From: the human T2T-CHM13v2.0 reference genome, Homo sapiens
Strand: one strand, 5' to 3'
DNA length: 64,000 bases
NCBI RefSeq assembly: GCF_009914755.1
Contig: NC_060948.1
In this document: piece by piece, positions 39,603 to 58,968 of the stretch
Numbering within the stretch: the stretch's first letter is position 1
Layout of the letters: each line of letters opens with the position of its first letter
The notes under the pieces: model-generated
Database searches by the model: none
Told to the model about the DNA's origin: nothing
What the model saw: the letters and a program-made list of their open reading frames with translations, nothing else
Made by a program: the position numbers and the translations under genes

Positions 39603-41730
39603 AGATCCGTATTTTTTAAATGAAAAAAAATTTCAAAGGTACTCTGCTTGGTACAATAATCAAATGTATAAACTGAGGAATAAAACATAACCATGAAACC
39701 TACTTATAACTGCATATGGAAAATACAGAGGATAATTTTTTAAATAACATATTTTGAAAGCCTTAACTAGTAATTTGAAGAGTTGGCATTTGAAAGGCCA
39801 GTATGAATATACCTTCAAAGCAGCAACACAGGTTCCCCATGAGAAAAAGCAAACACAGGGAAAATAAAAACACAAAGGTTCAATCTCTTCTGACCTTTGA
39901 AAGACACAGCACAGACAGTGGTCCTTAGGACGAAGAGCAGGAGACCCCTAATTCCGTCACCATGGCGATAGGGCATAAACATTGCTGGGTGAGGGCACAA
40001 TCCACATTGTGAGGTCCAACTGCTGCCAGGAAGACAGGAGTGCTTTTACATAGACCGAAAGGTCATTGAAGGCTCAGAGTTTTGTTTCAAGAACTGAATC
40101 CCAAGCCCACACGTTATTAGGCTGCGCTTCTTAAAACAAGTTATGAGATGGGAAAAAGGGCACCCACAAACATACGTATACATTATGTATATAATAATAT
40201 ACAGTATCATATATATAATATATATAACCTATGTATAATATTGTTTTACATCCTGCATCTTATGTTATATATATTGTATAAAATATAATAATTGATAATA
40301 TATAAGTTTTATAATTATACAATATGACATATAGTATATATTATAATTGATGACATATATAATATATGTTATATATCATATATAGAGTATATTATACGGT
40401 TAATATACGTATTAAATATAAATTATACCTTATATATATTATATATAATATATCTGTTATATATAATACCCATTATGCATAATATATATATTATGTCTAT
40501 GTTATATATAGTATAAAACAACATATAATAATATATAATTGTATATATAAAATGCGACATATAATATATATTATATTTTATAACATATGTAATATATATT
40601 ATATATTATATATAATACGTTGTATGTATAATACCTATATTAAATATATATTATATAACTATGTTATTAATTACATGTCACATGTGTTATATATTATATA
40701 TTTTACATAGAATATACCGGTTACATACAATATATACTATGTTACCTATAATGTATAATTTATTACATGTAAAATAAAGAATGCAATATATTATGTATAA
40801 TTTATAATATACAATATGTGGAATGTGACATATGTAACATATAATATATGATATATGATATACAGTATATGATATATAACATACAATATATGATTCCTAA
40901 TATATATGGTATACAATATATATTTTATGATATGTATTCTATATGTTTTATATTCTGTTATATATAACTATTTGAAATTATATATAACTGTATAATATTT
41001 TATGTAAATATGTAATATAATATATATAACTATATAATATATTATATATAACTATATATTGTTATATATACTTTTATAACATAATTTACATAAAATATCA
41101 TAATATAATATATATTATATTATTTCATATTACATAATATATATTACATATCACCCAATATAACTAACATACATAATATTATAATATAGATTATATTATG
41201 TTATATTAAATATCATATATATCATGTATCATATATTCTATAATATATATTACACATTATATAATATGTATGTTGTCTATTATGTGATATATATAACTAT
41301 ATATATAATTATATTTTTATACATATAACTAGATAAACATGTAATTCTACATATTTTCATTTGTAATATGTAGAATTATATAATCATATATAATTATTTA
41401 TATTCTATAAAAAATTTTATCATTATATAAATTATAATATATAAAAATTATAATATGTACTACAAATATATATATATTATATATCATATATGATATAGTA
41501 CCTTTGTTATATATCATAATACATATAAATGTGTATTATGTTATCTATAATTATATAATTTCATATATAAGATGTATAATATGTATCATATATTATATAT
41601 GTTATGTAATATATATAGTATATATAAGATGACACAGGATAAATATTATATACTATGACATATAAAATATATGAGGTTATATGTTACATATAAGGCATAG
41701 CACATAACATGTAATATATATCATATATAA

Positions 41731-42022
41731 TTTTTTTTTAGACAGAATCTTGTCCTGTTGCACAGGGTGGGGTACAATGGCGCCATCTTTGCTCACTGCA
41801 ACTTCTGCCTCACGGTTCCAAGCGATTGTCCTCCCTCAGCCTCCCAGGTAGCTGGGACTACACCACACTGGGACTACACCAGCTGCCACCATGCCTTGCT
41901 AATTTTTTGGATTTTTAGTAGTGACAGCGTTTCACTGTATTGGCCAGGATGGTCTTGATCTCTTCACCTTGTGATCCCCTTGCCTTGGCCTCCAAATTTG
42001 CTGGGATTACAGGCCTGAGCCA
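41731..42022 (-). mobile_element. Diverged Alu, copy 18
   Basis: Near-identical to 577-868. Confidence 0.92.
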
Positions 42023-44129
42023 AGATCCGTATTTTTTAAATGAAAAAAAATTTCAAAGGTACTCTGCTTGGTACAATAATCAAATGTATAAACTGAGGAA
42101 TAAAACATAACCATGAAACCTACTTATAACTGCATATGGAAAATACAGAGGATAATTTTTTAAATAACATATTTTGAAAGCCTTAACTAGTAATTTGAAG
42201 AGTTGGCATTTGAAAGGCCAGTATGAATATACCTTCAAAGCAGCAACACAGGTTCCCCATGAGAAAAAGCAAACACAGGGAAAATAAAAACACAAAGGTT
42301 CAATCTCTTCTGACCTTTGAAAGACACAGCACAGACAGTGGTCCTTAGGACGAAGAGCAGGAGACCCCTAATTCCGTCACCATGGCGATAGGGCATAAAC
42401 ATTGCTGGGTGAGGGCACAATCCACATTGTGAGGTCCAACTGCTGCCAGGAAGACAGGAGTGCTTTTACATAGACCGAAAGGTCATTGAAGGCTCAGAGT
42501 TTTGTTTCAAGAACTGAATCCCAAGCCCACACGTTATTAGGCTGCGCTTCTTAAAACAAGTTATGAGATGGGAAAAAGGGCACCCACAAACATACGTATA
42601 CATTATGTATATAATAATATACAGTATCATATATATAATATATATAACCTATGTATAATATTGTTTTACATCCTGCATCTTATGTTATATATATTGTATA
42701 AAATATAATAATTGATAATATATAAGTTTTATAATTATACAATATGACATATAGTATATATTATAATTTATGACATATATAATATATGTTATATGTCATA
42801 TATAGAATATATTATACGGTTAATATACGTATTAAATATAAATTATACATTATATATATTATATATAATATATCTGTTATATATAATACCCATTATGCAT
42901 AATATATATATTATGTCTATGTTATATATAGTATAAAACAACATATAATAATATATAATTGTATATATAAAATGCGACATATAATATATATTATATTTTA
43001 TAACATATGTAATATATATTATATATTATATATAATACGTTGTATGTATAATACCTATATTAAATATATATTATATGACTATGTTATTAATTACATGTCA
43101 CATGTGTTATATATTATATATTTTACATAGAATATACCGGTTACATACAATATATACTATGTTACCTATAATGTATAATTGATTACATGTAAAATAAAGA
43201 ATGCAATATATTATGTAAAATTTATAATATACAATATGTGGAATGTGACATATGTAACATATAATATATGATATATGATATACAGTATATGATATATAAC
43301 ATACAACATATGATTCCTAATATATATGGTATACAATATATATTTTATGATATGTATTCTATATGTTTTATATTCTGTTATATATAACTATTTGAAATTA
43401 TATATAACTGTATAATATTTTATGTAAATATGTAATATAATATATATAACTATATAATATATTATATATAACTACATATTATGTTATATATACTTTTATA
43501 ACATAATTTACATAAAATATCATAATATAATATATATTATATTTTTTCATATTACATAATATATATTACATATCACCCAATATAACTAACATACATAATA
43601 TTATAATATAGATTATATTATGTTATATCAAATATCATATATATCATGTATCATATATTCTATAATATATATTACACATTATATAATATGTATGTTGTCT
43701 ATTATGTGATATATATAACTATATATATAATTATATTTTTATACATATAACTAGATAAACATGTAATTCTACATATTTTCATTTGTAATATGTAGAATTA
43801 TATAATCATATATAATTATTTATATTCTATAAAAAATTTTATCATTATATAAATTATAATATATAAAAATTATAATATGTACTACAAATATATATATATT
43901 ATATATCATATATGATATAGTACCTTTGTTATATATCATAATACATATAAATGTGTATTATGTTATCTATAATTATATAATTTCATATATAAGATGTATA
44001 ATATGTATCATATATTATATATGTTATGTAATATATATAGTATATATAAGATGACACAGGATAAATATTATATACTATGACATATAAAATATATGAGGTT
44101 ATATGTTACATATAAGGCATAGCACATAA

Positions 44130-44444
<315 letters not shown>

Positions 44445-46551
44445 AGATCCGTATTTTTTAAATGAAAAAAAATTTCAAAGGTACTCTGCTTGGTACAATA
44501 ATCAAATGTATAAACTGAGGAATAAAACATAACCATGAAACCTACTTATAACTGCATATGGAAAATACAGAGGATAATTTTTTAAATAACATATTTTGAA
44601 AGCCTTAACTAGTAATTTGAAGAGTTGGCATTTGAAAGGCCAGTATGAATATACCTTCAAAGCAGCAACACAGGTTCCCCATGAGAAAAAGCAAACACAG
44701 GGAAAATAAAAACACAAAGGTTCAATCTCTTCTGACCTTTGAAAGACACAGCACAGACAGTGGTCCTTAGGACGAAGAGCAGGAGACCCCTAATTCCGTC
44801 ACCATGGCGATAGGGCATAAACATTGCTGGGTGAGGGCACAATCCACATTGTGAGGTCCAACTGCTGCCAGGAAGACAGGAGTGCTTTTACATAGACCGA
44901 AAGGTCATTGAAGGCTCAGAGTTTTGTTTCAAGAACTGAATCCCAAGCCCACACGTTATTAGGCTGCGCTTCTTAAAACAAGTTATGAGATGGGAAAAAG
45001 GGCACCCACAAACATACGTATACATTATGTATATAATAATATACAGTATCATATATATAATATATATAACCTATGTATAATATTGTTTTACATCCTGCAT
45101 CTTATGTTATATATATTGTATAAAATATAATAATTGATAATATATAAGTTTTATAATTATACAATATGACATATAGTATATATTATAATTTATGACATAT
45201 ATAATATATGTTATATGTCATATATAGAATATATTATACGGTTAATATACGTATTAAATATAAATTATACATTATATATATTATATATAATATATCTGTT
45301 ATATATAATACCCATTATGCATAATATATATATTATGTCTATGTTATATATAGTATAAAACAACATATAATAATATATAATTGTATATATAAAATGCGAC
45401 ATATAATATATATTATATTTTATAACATATGTAATATATATTATATATTATATATAATACGTTGTATGTATAATACCTATATTAAATATATATTATATGA
45501 CTATGTTATTAATTACATGTCACATGTGTTATATATTATATATTTTACATAGAATATACCGGTTACATACAATATATACTATGTTACCTATAATGTATAA
45601 TTGATTACATGTAAAATAAAGAATGCAATATATTATGTAAAATTTATAATATACAATATGTGGAATGTGACATATGTAACATATAATATATGATATATGA
45701 TATACAGTATATGATATATAACATACAATATATGATTCCTAATATATATGGTATACAATATATATTTTATGATATGTATTCTATATGTTTTATATTCTGT
45801 TATATATAACTATTTGAAATTATATATAACTGTATAATATTTTATGTAAATATGTAATATAATATATATAACTATATAATATATTATATATAACTATATA
45901 TTATGTTATATATACTTTTATAACATAATTTACATAAAATATCATAATATAATATATATTATATTTTTTCATATTACATAATATATATTACATATCACCC
46001 AATATAACTAACATACATAATATTATAATATAGATTATATTATGTTATATTAAATATCATATATATCATGTATCATATATTCTATAATATATATTACACA
46101 TTATATAATATGTATGTTGTCTATTATGTGATATATATAACTATATATATAATTATATTTTTATACATATAACTAGATAAACATGTAATTCTACATATTT
46201 TCATTTGTAATATGTAGAATTATATAATCATATATAATTATTTATATTCTATAAAAAATTTTATCATTATATAAATTATAATATATAAAAATTATAATAT
46301 GTACTACAAATATATATATATTATATATCATATATGATATAGTACCTTTGTTATATATCATAATACATATAAATGTGTATTATGTTATCTATAATTATAT
46401 AATTTCATATATAAGATGTATAATATGTATCATATATTATATATGTTATGTAATATATATAGTATATATAAGATGACACAGGATAAATATTATATACTAT
46501 GACATATAAAATATATGAGGTTATATGTTACATATAAGGCATAGCACATAA

Positions 46552-46866
<315 letters not shown>

Positions 46867-48973
46867 AGATCCGTATTTTTTAAATGAAAAAAAATTTCAA
46901 AGGTACTCTGCTTGGTACAATAATCAAATGTATAAACTGAGGAATAAAACATAACCATGAAACCTACTTATAACTGCATATGGAAAATACAGAGGATAAT
47001 TTTTTAAATAACATATTTTGAAAGCCTTAACTAGTAATTTGAAGAGTTGGCATTTGAAAGGCCAGTATGAATATACCTTCAAAGCAGCAACACAGGTTCC
47101 CCATGAGAAAAAGCAAACACAGGGAAAATAAAAACACAAAGGTTCAATCTCTTCTGACCTTTGAAAGACACAGCACAGACAGTGGTCCTTAGGACGAAGA
47201 GCAGGAGACCCCTAATTCCGTCACCATGGCGATAGGGCATAAACATTGCTGGGTGAGGGCACAATCCACATTGTGAGGTCCAACTGCTGCCAGGAAGACA
47301 GGAGTGCTTTTACATAGACCGAAAGGTCATTGAAGGCTCAGAGTTTTGTTTCAAGAACTGAATCCCAAGCCCACACGTTATTAGGCTGCGCTTCTTAAAA
47401 CAAGTTATGAGATGGGAAAAAGGGCACCCACAAACATACGTATACATTATGTATATAATAATATACAGTATCATATATATAATATATATAACCTATGTAT
47501 AATATTGTTTTACATCCTGCATCTTATGTTATATATATTGTATAAAATATAATAATTGATAATATATAAGTTTTATAATTATACAATATGACATATAGTA
47601 TATATTATAATTTATGACATATATAATATATGTTATATGTCATATATAGAATATATTATACGGTTAATATACGTATTAAATATAAATTATACATTATATA
47701 TATTATATATAATATATCTGTTATATATAATACCCATTATGCATAATATATATATTATGTCTATGTTATATATAGTATAAAACAACATATAATAATATAT
47801 AATTGTATATATAAAATGCGACATATAATATATATTATATTTTATAACATATGTAATATATATTATATATTATATATAATACGTTGTATGTATAATACCT
47901 ATATTAAATATATATTATATGACTATGTTATTAATTACATGTCACATGTGTTATATATTATATATTTTACATAGAATATACCGGTTACATACAATATATA
48001 CTATGTTACCTATAATGTATAATTGATTACATGTAAAATAAATAATGCAATATATTATGTATAATTTATAATATACAATATGTGGAATGTGACATATGTA
48101 ACATATAATATATGATATATGATATACAGTACATGATATATAACATACAATATATGATTCCTAATATATATGGTATACAATATATATTTTATGATATGTA
48201 TTCTATATGTTTTATATTCTGTTATATATAACTATTTGAAATTATATATAACTGTATAATATTTTATGTAAATATGTAATATAATATATATAACTATATA
48301 ATATATTATATATAACTATATATTATGTTATATATACTTTTATAACATAATTTACATAAAATATCATAATATAATATATATTATATTATTTCATATTACA
48401 TAATATATATTACATATCACCCAATATAACTAACATACATAATATTATAATATAGATTATATTATGTTATATTAAATATCATATATATCATGTATCATAT
48501 ATTCTATAATATATATTACACATTATATAATATGTATGTTGTCTATTATGTGATATATATAACTATATATATAATTATATTTTTATACATATAACTAGAT
48601 AAACATGTAATTCTACATATTTTCATTTGTAATATGTAGAATTATATAATCATATATAATTATTTATATTCTATAAAAAATTTTATCATTATATAAATTA
48701 TAATATATAAAAATTATAATATGTACTACAAATATATATATATTATATATCATATATGATATAGTACCTTTGTTATATATCATAATACATATAAATGTGT
48801 ATTATGTTATCTATAATTATATAATTTCATATATAAGATGTATAATATGTATCATATATTATATATGTTATGTAATATATATAGTATATATAAGATGACA
48901 CAGGATAAATATTATATACTATGACATATAAAATATATGAGGTTATATGTTACATATAAGGCATAGCACATAA

Positions 48974-49288
<315 letters not shown>

Positions 49289-51391
49289 AGATCCGTATTT
49301 TTTAAATGAAAAAAAATTTCAAAGGTACTCTGCTTGGTACAATAATCAAATGTATAAACAGAGGAATAAAACATAACCATGAAACCTACTTATAACTGCA
49401 TATGGAAAATACAGAGGATAATTTTTTAAATAACATATTTTGAAAGCCTTAACTAGTAATTTGAAGAGTTGGCATTTGAAAGGCCAGTATGAATATACCT
49501 TCAAAGCAGCAACACAGGTTCCCCATGAGAAAAAGCAAACACAGGGAAAATAAAAACACAAAGGTTCAATCTCTTCTGACCTTTGAAAGACACAGCACAG
49601 ACAGTGGTCCTTAGGACGAAGAGCAGGAGACCCCTAATTCCGTCACCATGGCGATAGGGCATAAACACTGCTGGGTGAGGGCACAATCCACATTGTGAGG
49701 TCCAACTGCTGCCAGGAAGACAGGAGTGCTTTTACATAGACCGAAAGGTCATTGAAGGCTCAGAGTTTTGTTTCAAGAACTGAATCCCAAGCCCACACGT
49801 TATTAGGCTGCGCTTCTTTAAACAAGTTATGAGATGGGAAAAAGGGCACCCACAAACATACGTATACATTATGTATATAATAATATACAGTATCATATAT
49901 ATAATATATATAACCTATGTATAATATTGTTTTACATCCTGCATCTTATGTTATATATATTGTATAAAATATAATAATTGATAATATATAAGTTTTATAA
50001 TTATACAATATGACATATAGTATATATTATAATTTATGACATATATAATATATGTTATATATCATATATAGAATATATTATACGGTTAATATACGTATTA
50101 AATATAAATTATACATTATATATATTATATATAATATATCTGTTATATATAATACCCATTATGCATAATATATATATTATGTCTATGTTATATATAGTAT
50201 AAAACAACATATAATAATATATAATTGTATATATAAAATGCGACATATAATATATATTATATTTTATAACATATGTAATATATATTATATATTATATATA
50301 ATACGTTGTATGTATAATACCTATATTAAATATATATTATATGACTATGTTATTAATTACATGTCACATGTGTTATATATTATATATTTTACATAGAATA
50401 TACCGGTTACATACAATATATACTATGTTACCTATAATGTATAATTTATTACATGTAAAATAAAGAATGCAATATATTATGTAAAATTTATAATATACAA
50501 TATGTGGAATGTGATATATGTAACATATAATATATGATATATGATATACAGTATATGATATATAACATACAATATATGATTCCTAATATATATGGTATAC
50601 AGTATATATTTTATGATATGTATTCTATATGTTTTATATTCTGTTATATATAACTATTTGAAATTATATATAACTGTATAATATTTTATGTAAATATGTA
50701 ATATAATATATATAACTATATAATATATTATATATAACTATATATTATGTTATGTATACTTTTATAACATAATTTACATAAAATATCATAATATAATATA
50801 TATTATATTATTTCATATTACATAATATATATTACATATCACCCAATATAACTAACATACATAATATTATAATATAGATTATATTATGTTATATTAAATA
50901 TCATATATATCGTGTATCATATATTCTATAATATATATTACACATTATATAATATGTATGTTGTCTATTATGTGATATATATAACTATATATAATTATAT
51001 TTTTATACATATAACTAGATAAACATGTAATTCTACATATTTTCATTTATAATATGTAGAATTATATAATCATATATAATTATTTATATTCTATAAAAAA
51101 TTTTATCATTATATAAATTATAATATATAAAAATTATAATATGTACTACAAATATATATATTATATATCATATATGATATAATACCTTTGTTATATATCA
51201 TAATACATATAAATGTGTATTATGTTATCTATAATTATATAATTTCATATATAAGGTGTATAATATGTATCATATATTATATATGTTATGTAATATATAT
51301 AGCATATATAAGATGACACAGGATAAATATTATATACTATGACATATAAAATATATGAGGTTATATGTTACATATAAGGCATAGCACATAA

Positions 51392-51706
<315 letters not shown>

Positions 51707-53813
51707 AGATCCATATTTTTTAAATGAAAAAAAATTTCAAAGGTACTCTGCTTGGTACAATAATCAAATGTATAAACTGAGGAATAAAACATAACCATGA
51801 AACCTACTTATAACTGCATATGGAAAATACAGAGGATAATTTTTTAAATAACATATTTTGAAAGCCTTAACTAGTAATTTGAAGAGTTGGCATTTGAAAG
51901 GCCAGTATGAATATACCTTCAAAGCAGCAACACAGGTTCCCCATGAGAAAAAGCAAACACAGGGAAAATAAAAACACAAAGGTTCAATCTCTTCTGACCT
52001 TTGAAAGACACAGCACAGACAGTGGTCCTTAGGACGAAGAGCAGGAGACCCCTAATTCCGTCACCATGGCGATAGGGCATAAACATTGCTGGGTGAGGGC
52101 ACAATCCACATTGTGAGGTCCAACTGCTGCCAGGAAGACAGGAGTGCTTTTACATAGACCGAAAGGTCATTGAAGGCTCAGAGTTTTGTTTCAAGAACTG
52201 AATCCCAAGCCCACACGTTATTAGGCTGCGCTTCTTAAAACAAGTTATGAGATGGGAAAAAGGGCACCCACAAACATACGTATACATTATGTATATAATA
52301 ATATACAGTATCATATATATAATATATATAACCTATGTATAATATTGTTTTACATCCTGCATCTTATGTTATATATATTGTATAAAATATAATAATTGAT
52401 AATATATAAGTTTTATATTTATACAATATGACATATAGTATATATTATAATTTATGACATATATAATATATGTTATATATCATATATAGAATATATTATA
52501 CGGTTAATATACGTATTAAATATAAATTATACATTATATATATTATATATAATATATCTGTTATATATAATACCCATTATGCATAATATATATATTATGT
52601 CTATGTTATATATAGTATAAAACAACATATAATAATATATAATTGTATATATAAAATGCGACATATAATATATATTATATTTTATAACATATGTAATATA
52701 TATTATATATTATATATAATACGTTGTATGTATAATACCTATATTAAATATATATTATATGACTATGTTATTAATTACATGTCACATGTGTTATATATTA
52801 TATATTTTACATAGAATATACCGGTTACATACAATATATACTATGTTACCTATAATGTATAATTGATTACATGTAAAATAAATAATGCAATATATTATGT
52901 ATAATTTATAATATACAATATGTGGAATGTGACATATGTAACATATAATATATGATATATGATATACAGTATATGATATATAACATACAATATATGATTC
53001 CTAATATATATGGTATACAATATATATTTTATGATATGTATTCTATATGTTTTATATTCTGTTATATATAACTATTTGAAATTATATATAACTGTATAAT
53101 ATTTTATGTAAATATGTAATATAATATATATAACTATATAATATATTATATATAACTATATATTATGTTATATATACTTTTATAACATAATTTACATAAA
53201 ATATCATAATATAATATATATTATATTATTTCATATTACATAATATATATTACATATCACCCTATATAACTAACATACATAATATTATAATATAGATTAT
53301 ATTATGTTATATTAAATATCATATATATCATGTATCATATATTCTATAATATATATTACACATTATATAATATGTATGTTGTCTATTATGTGATATATAT
53401 AACTATATATATAATTATATTTTTATACATATAACTAGATAAACATGTAATTCTACATATTTTCATTTGTAATATGTAGAATTATATAATCATACATAAT
53501 TATTTATAATCTATAAAAAATTTTATCATTATATAAATTATAATATATAAAAATTATAATATGTACTACAAATATATATATATTATATATCATATATGAT
53601 ATAGTACCTTTGTTATATATCATAATACATATAAATGTGTATTATGTTATCTATAATTATATAATTTCATATATAAGATGTATAATATGTATCATATATT
53701 ATATATGTTATGTAATATATATAGTATATATAAGATGACACAGGATAAATATTATATACTATGACATATAAAATATATGAGGTTATATGTTACATATAAG
53801 GCATAGCACATAA

Positions 53814-54128
<315 letters not shown>

Positions 54129-56233
54129 AGATCCGTATTTTTTAAATGAAAAAAAATTTCAAAGGTACTCTGCTTGGTACAATAATCAAATGTATAAACT
54201 GAGGAATAAAACATAACCATGAAACCTACTTATAACTGCATATGGAAAATACAGAGGATAATTTTTTAAATAACATATTTTGAAAGCCTTAACTAGTAAT
54301 TTGAAGAGTTGGCATTTGAAAGGCCAGTATGAATATACCTTCAAAGCAGCAACACAGGTTCCCCATGAGAAAAAGCAAACACAGGGAAAATAAAAACACA
54401 AAGGTTCAATCTCTTCTGACCTTTGAAAGACACAGCACAGACAGTGGTCCTTAGGACGAAGAGCAGGAGACCCCTAATTCCGTCACCATGGCGATAGGGC
54501 ATAAACATTGCTGGGTGAGGGCACAATCCACATTGTGAGGTCCAACTGCTGCCAGGAAGACAGGAGTGCTTTTACATAGACCGAAAGGTCATTGAAGGCT
54601 CAGAGTTTTGTTTCAAGAACTGAATCCCAAGCCCACACGTTATTAGGCTGCGCTTCTTAAAACAAGTTATGAGATGGGAAAAAGGGCACCCACAAACATA
54701 CGTATACATTATGTATATAATAATATACAGTATCATATATATAATATATATAACCTATGTATAATATTGTTTTACATCCTGCATCTTATGTTATATATAT
54801 TGTATAAAATATAATAATTGATAATATATAAGTTTTATAATTATACAATATGACATATAGTATATATTATAATGTATGACATATATAATATATGTTATAT
54901 ATCATATATAGAGTATATTATACGGTTAATATACGTATTAAATATAAATTATACCTTATATATATTATATATAATATATCTGTTATATATAATACCCATT
55001 ATGCATAATATATATATTATGTCTGTTATATATAGTATAAAACAACATATAATAATATATAATTGTATATATAAAATGCGACATATAATATATATTATAT
55101 TTTATAACATATGTAATATATATTATATATTATATATAATACGTTGTATGTATAATACCTATATTAAATATATATTATATGACTATGTTATTAATTACAT
55201 GTCACATGTGTTATATATTATATATTTTACATAGAATATACCGGTTACATACAATATATACTATGTTACCTATAATGTATAATTTATTACATGTAAAATA
55301 AATAATGCAATATATTATGTAAAATTTATAATATACAATATGTGGAATGTGATATATGTAACATATAATATATGATATATGATATACAGTATATGATATG
55401 TAACATACAATATATGATTCCTAATATATATGGTATACAATATATATTTTATGATATGTATTCTATATGTTTTATATTCTGTTATTTATAACTATTTGAA
55501 TTTATATATAACTGTATAATATTTTATGTAAATATGAAATATAATATATATAACTATATAATATATTATATATAACTATATATTATGTTATGTATACTTT
55601 TATAACATAATTTACATAAAATATCATAATATAATATATATTATATTATTTCATATTACATAATATATATTACATATCACCCAATATAACTAACAAACAT
55701 AATATTATAATATAGATTATATTATGTTATATTAAATATCATATATATCATGTATCATATATTCTATAATATATATTACACATTATATAATATGTATGTT
55801 GTCTATTATGTGATATATATAACTATATATATAATTATATTTTTATACATATAACTAGATAAACATGTAATTCTACATATTTTCATTTATAATATGTAGA
55901 ATTATATAATCATACATAATTATTTATATTCTATAAAAAATTTTATCATTATATAAATTATAATATATAAAAATTATAATATGTACTACAAATATATATA
56001 TATTATATATCATATATGATATAGTACCTTTGTTATATATCATAATACATATAAATATGTATTATGTTATCTATAATTATATAATTTCATATATAAGATG
56101 TATAATATGTATCATATATTATATATGTTATGTAATATATATAGTATATATAAGATGACACAGGATAAATATTATATACTATGACATATAAAATATATGA
56201 GGTTATATGTTACATATAAGGCATAGCACATAA

Positions 56234-56548
<315 letters not shown>

Positions 56549-58653
56549 AGATCCGTATTTTTTAAATGAAAAAAAATTTCAAAGGTACTCTGCTTGGTAC
56601 AATAATCAAATGTATAAACTGAGGAATAAAACATAACCATGAAACCTACTTATAACTGCATATGGAAAATACAGAGGATAATTTTTTAAATAACATATTT
56701 TGAAAGCCTTAACTAGTAATTTGAAGAGTTGGCATTTGAAAGGCCAGTATGAATATACCTTCAAAGCAGCAACACAGGTTCCCCATGAGAAAAAGCAAAC
56801 ACAGGGAAAATAAAAACACAAAGGTTCAATCTCTTCTGACCTTTGAAAGACACAGCACAGACAGTGGTCCTTAGGACGAAGAGCAGGAGACCCCTAATTC
56901 CGTCACCATGGCGATAGGGCATAAACATTGCTGGGTGAGGGCACAATCCACATTGTGAGGTCCAACTGCTGCCAGGAAGACAGGAGTGCTTTTACATAGA
57001 CCGAAAGGTCATTGAAGGCTCAGAGTTTTGTTTCAAGAACTGAATCCCAAGCCCACACGTTATTAGGCTGCGCTTCTTAAAACAAGTTATGAGATGGGAA
57101 AAAGGGCACCCACAAACATACGTATACATTATGTATATAATAATATACAGTATCATATATATAATATATATAACCTATGTATAATATTGTTTTACATCCT
57201 GCATCTTATGTTATATATATTGTATAAAATATAATAATTGATAATATATAAGTTTTATAATTATACAATATGACATAGAGTATATATTATAATTTATGAC
57301 ATATAAAATATATGTTATATATCATATATAGAATATATTATACGGTTAATATACGTATTAAATGTAAATTATACCTTATATATATTATATATAATATAAC
57401 TGTTATATATAATACCCATTATGCATAATATATATATTATGTCTATGTTATATATAGTATAAAACAACATATAATGATATATAATTGTATATATAAAATG
57501 CGACATATAATATATATTATATTTTATAACATATGTAATATATATTATATATTATATATAATACGTTGTATGTATAATACCTATATTAAATATATATTAT
57601 ATGACTATGTTATTAATTACATGTCACATGTGTTATATATTATATATTTTACATAGAATATACCGGTTACATTCAATATATACTATGTTACCTATAATGT
57701 ATAATTTATTACATGTAAAATAAAGAATGCAATATATTATGTATAATTTATAATATACAATATGTGGAATGTGATATATGTAACATATAATATATGATAT
57801 ATGATATACAGTATATGATATATAACATACAATATATGATTCCTAATATATATGGTATACAATATATATTTTATGATATGTATTCTATATGTTTTATATT
57901 CTGTTATATATAACTATTTGAAATTATATATAACTGTATAATATTTTATGTAAATATGTAATATAATATATATAACTATATAATATATTATATATAACTA
58001 TATATTATGTTATGTATACTTTTATAACATAATTTACATAAAATATCATAATATAATATATATTATATTATTTCATATTACATAATATATATTACATATC
58101 ACCCAATATAACTAACATACATAATATTATAATATAGATTATATTATGTTATATTAAATATCATATATATCATGTATCATATATTCTATAATATATATTA
58201 CACATTATATAATATGTATGTTGTCTATTATGTGATATATATAACTATATATATAATTATATTTTTATACATATAACTAGATAAACATGTAATTCTACAT
58301 ATTTTCATTTATAATATGTAGAATTATATAATCATATATAATTCTTTATATTCTATAAAAAATTTTATCATTATATAAATTATAATATATAAAAATTATA
58401 ATATGTACTACAAATATATATATTATATATCATATATGATATAGTACCTTTGTTATATATCATAATACATATAAATGTGTATTATGTTATCTATAATTAT
58501 ATAATTTCATATATAAGGTGTATAATATGTATCATATATTATATATGTTATGTAATATATATAGTATATATAAGATGACACAGGATAAATATTATATACT
58601 ATGACATATAAAATATATGAGGTTATATGTTACATATAAGGCATAGCACATAA

Positions 58654-58968
<315 letters not shown>

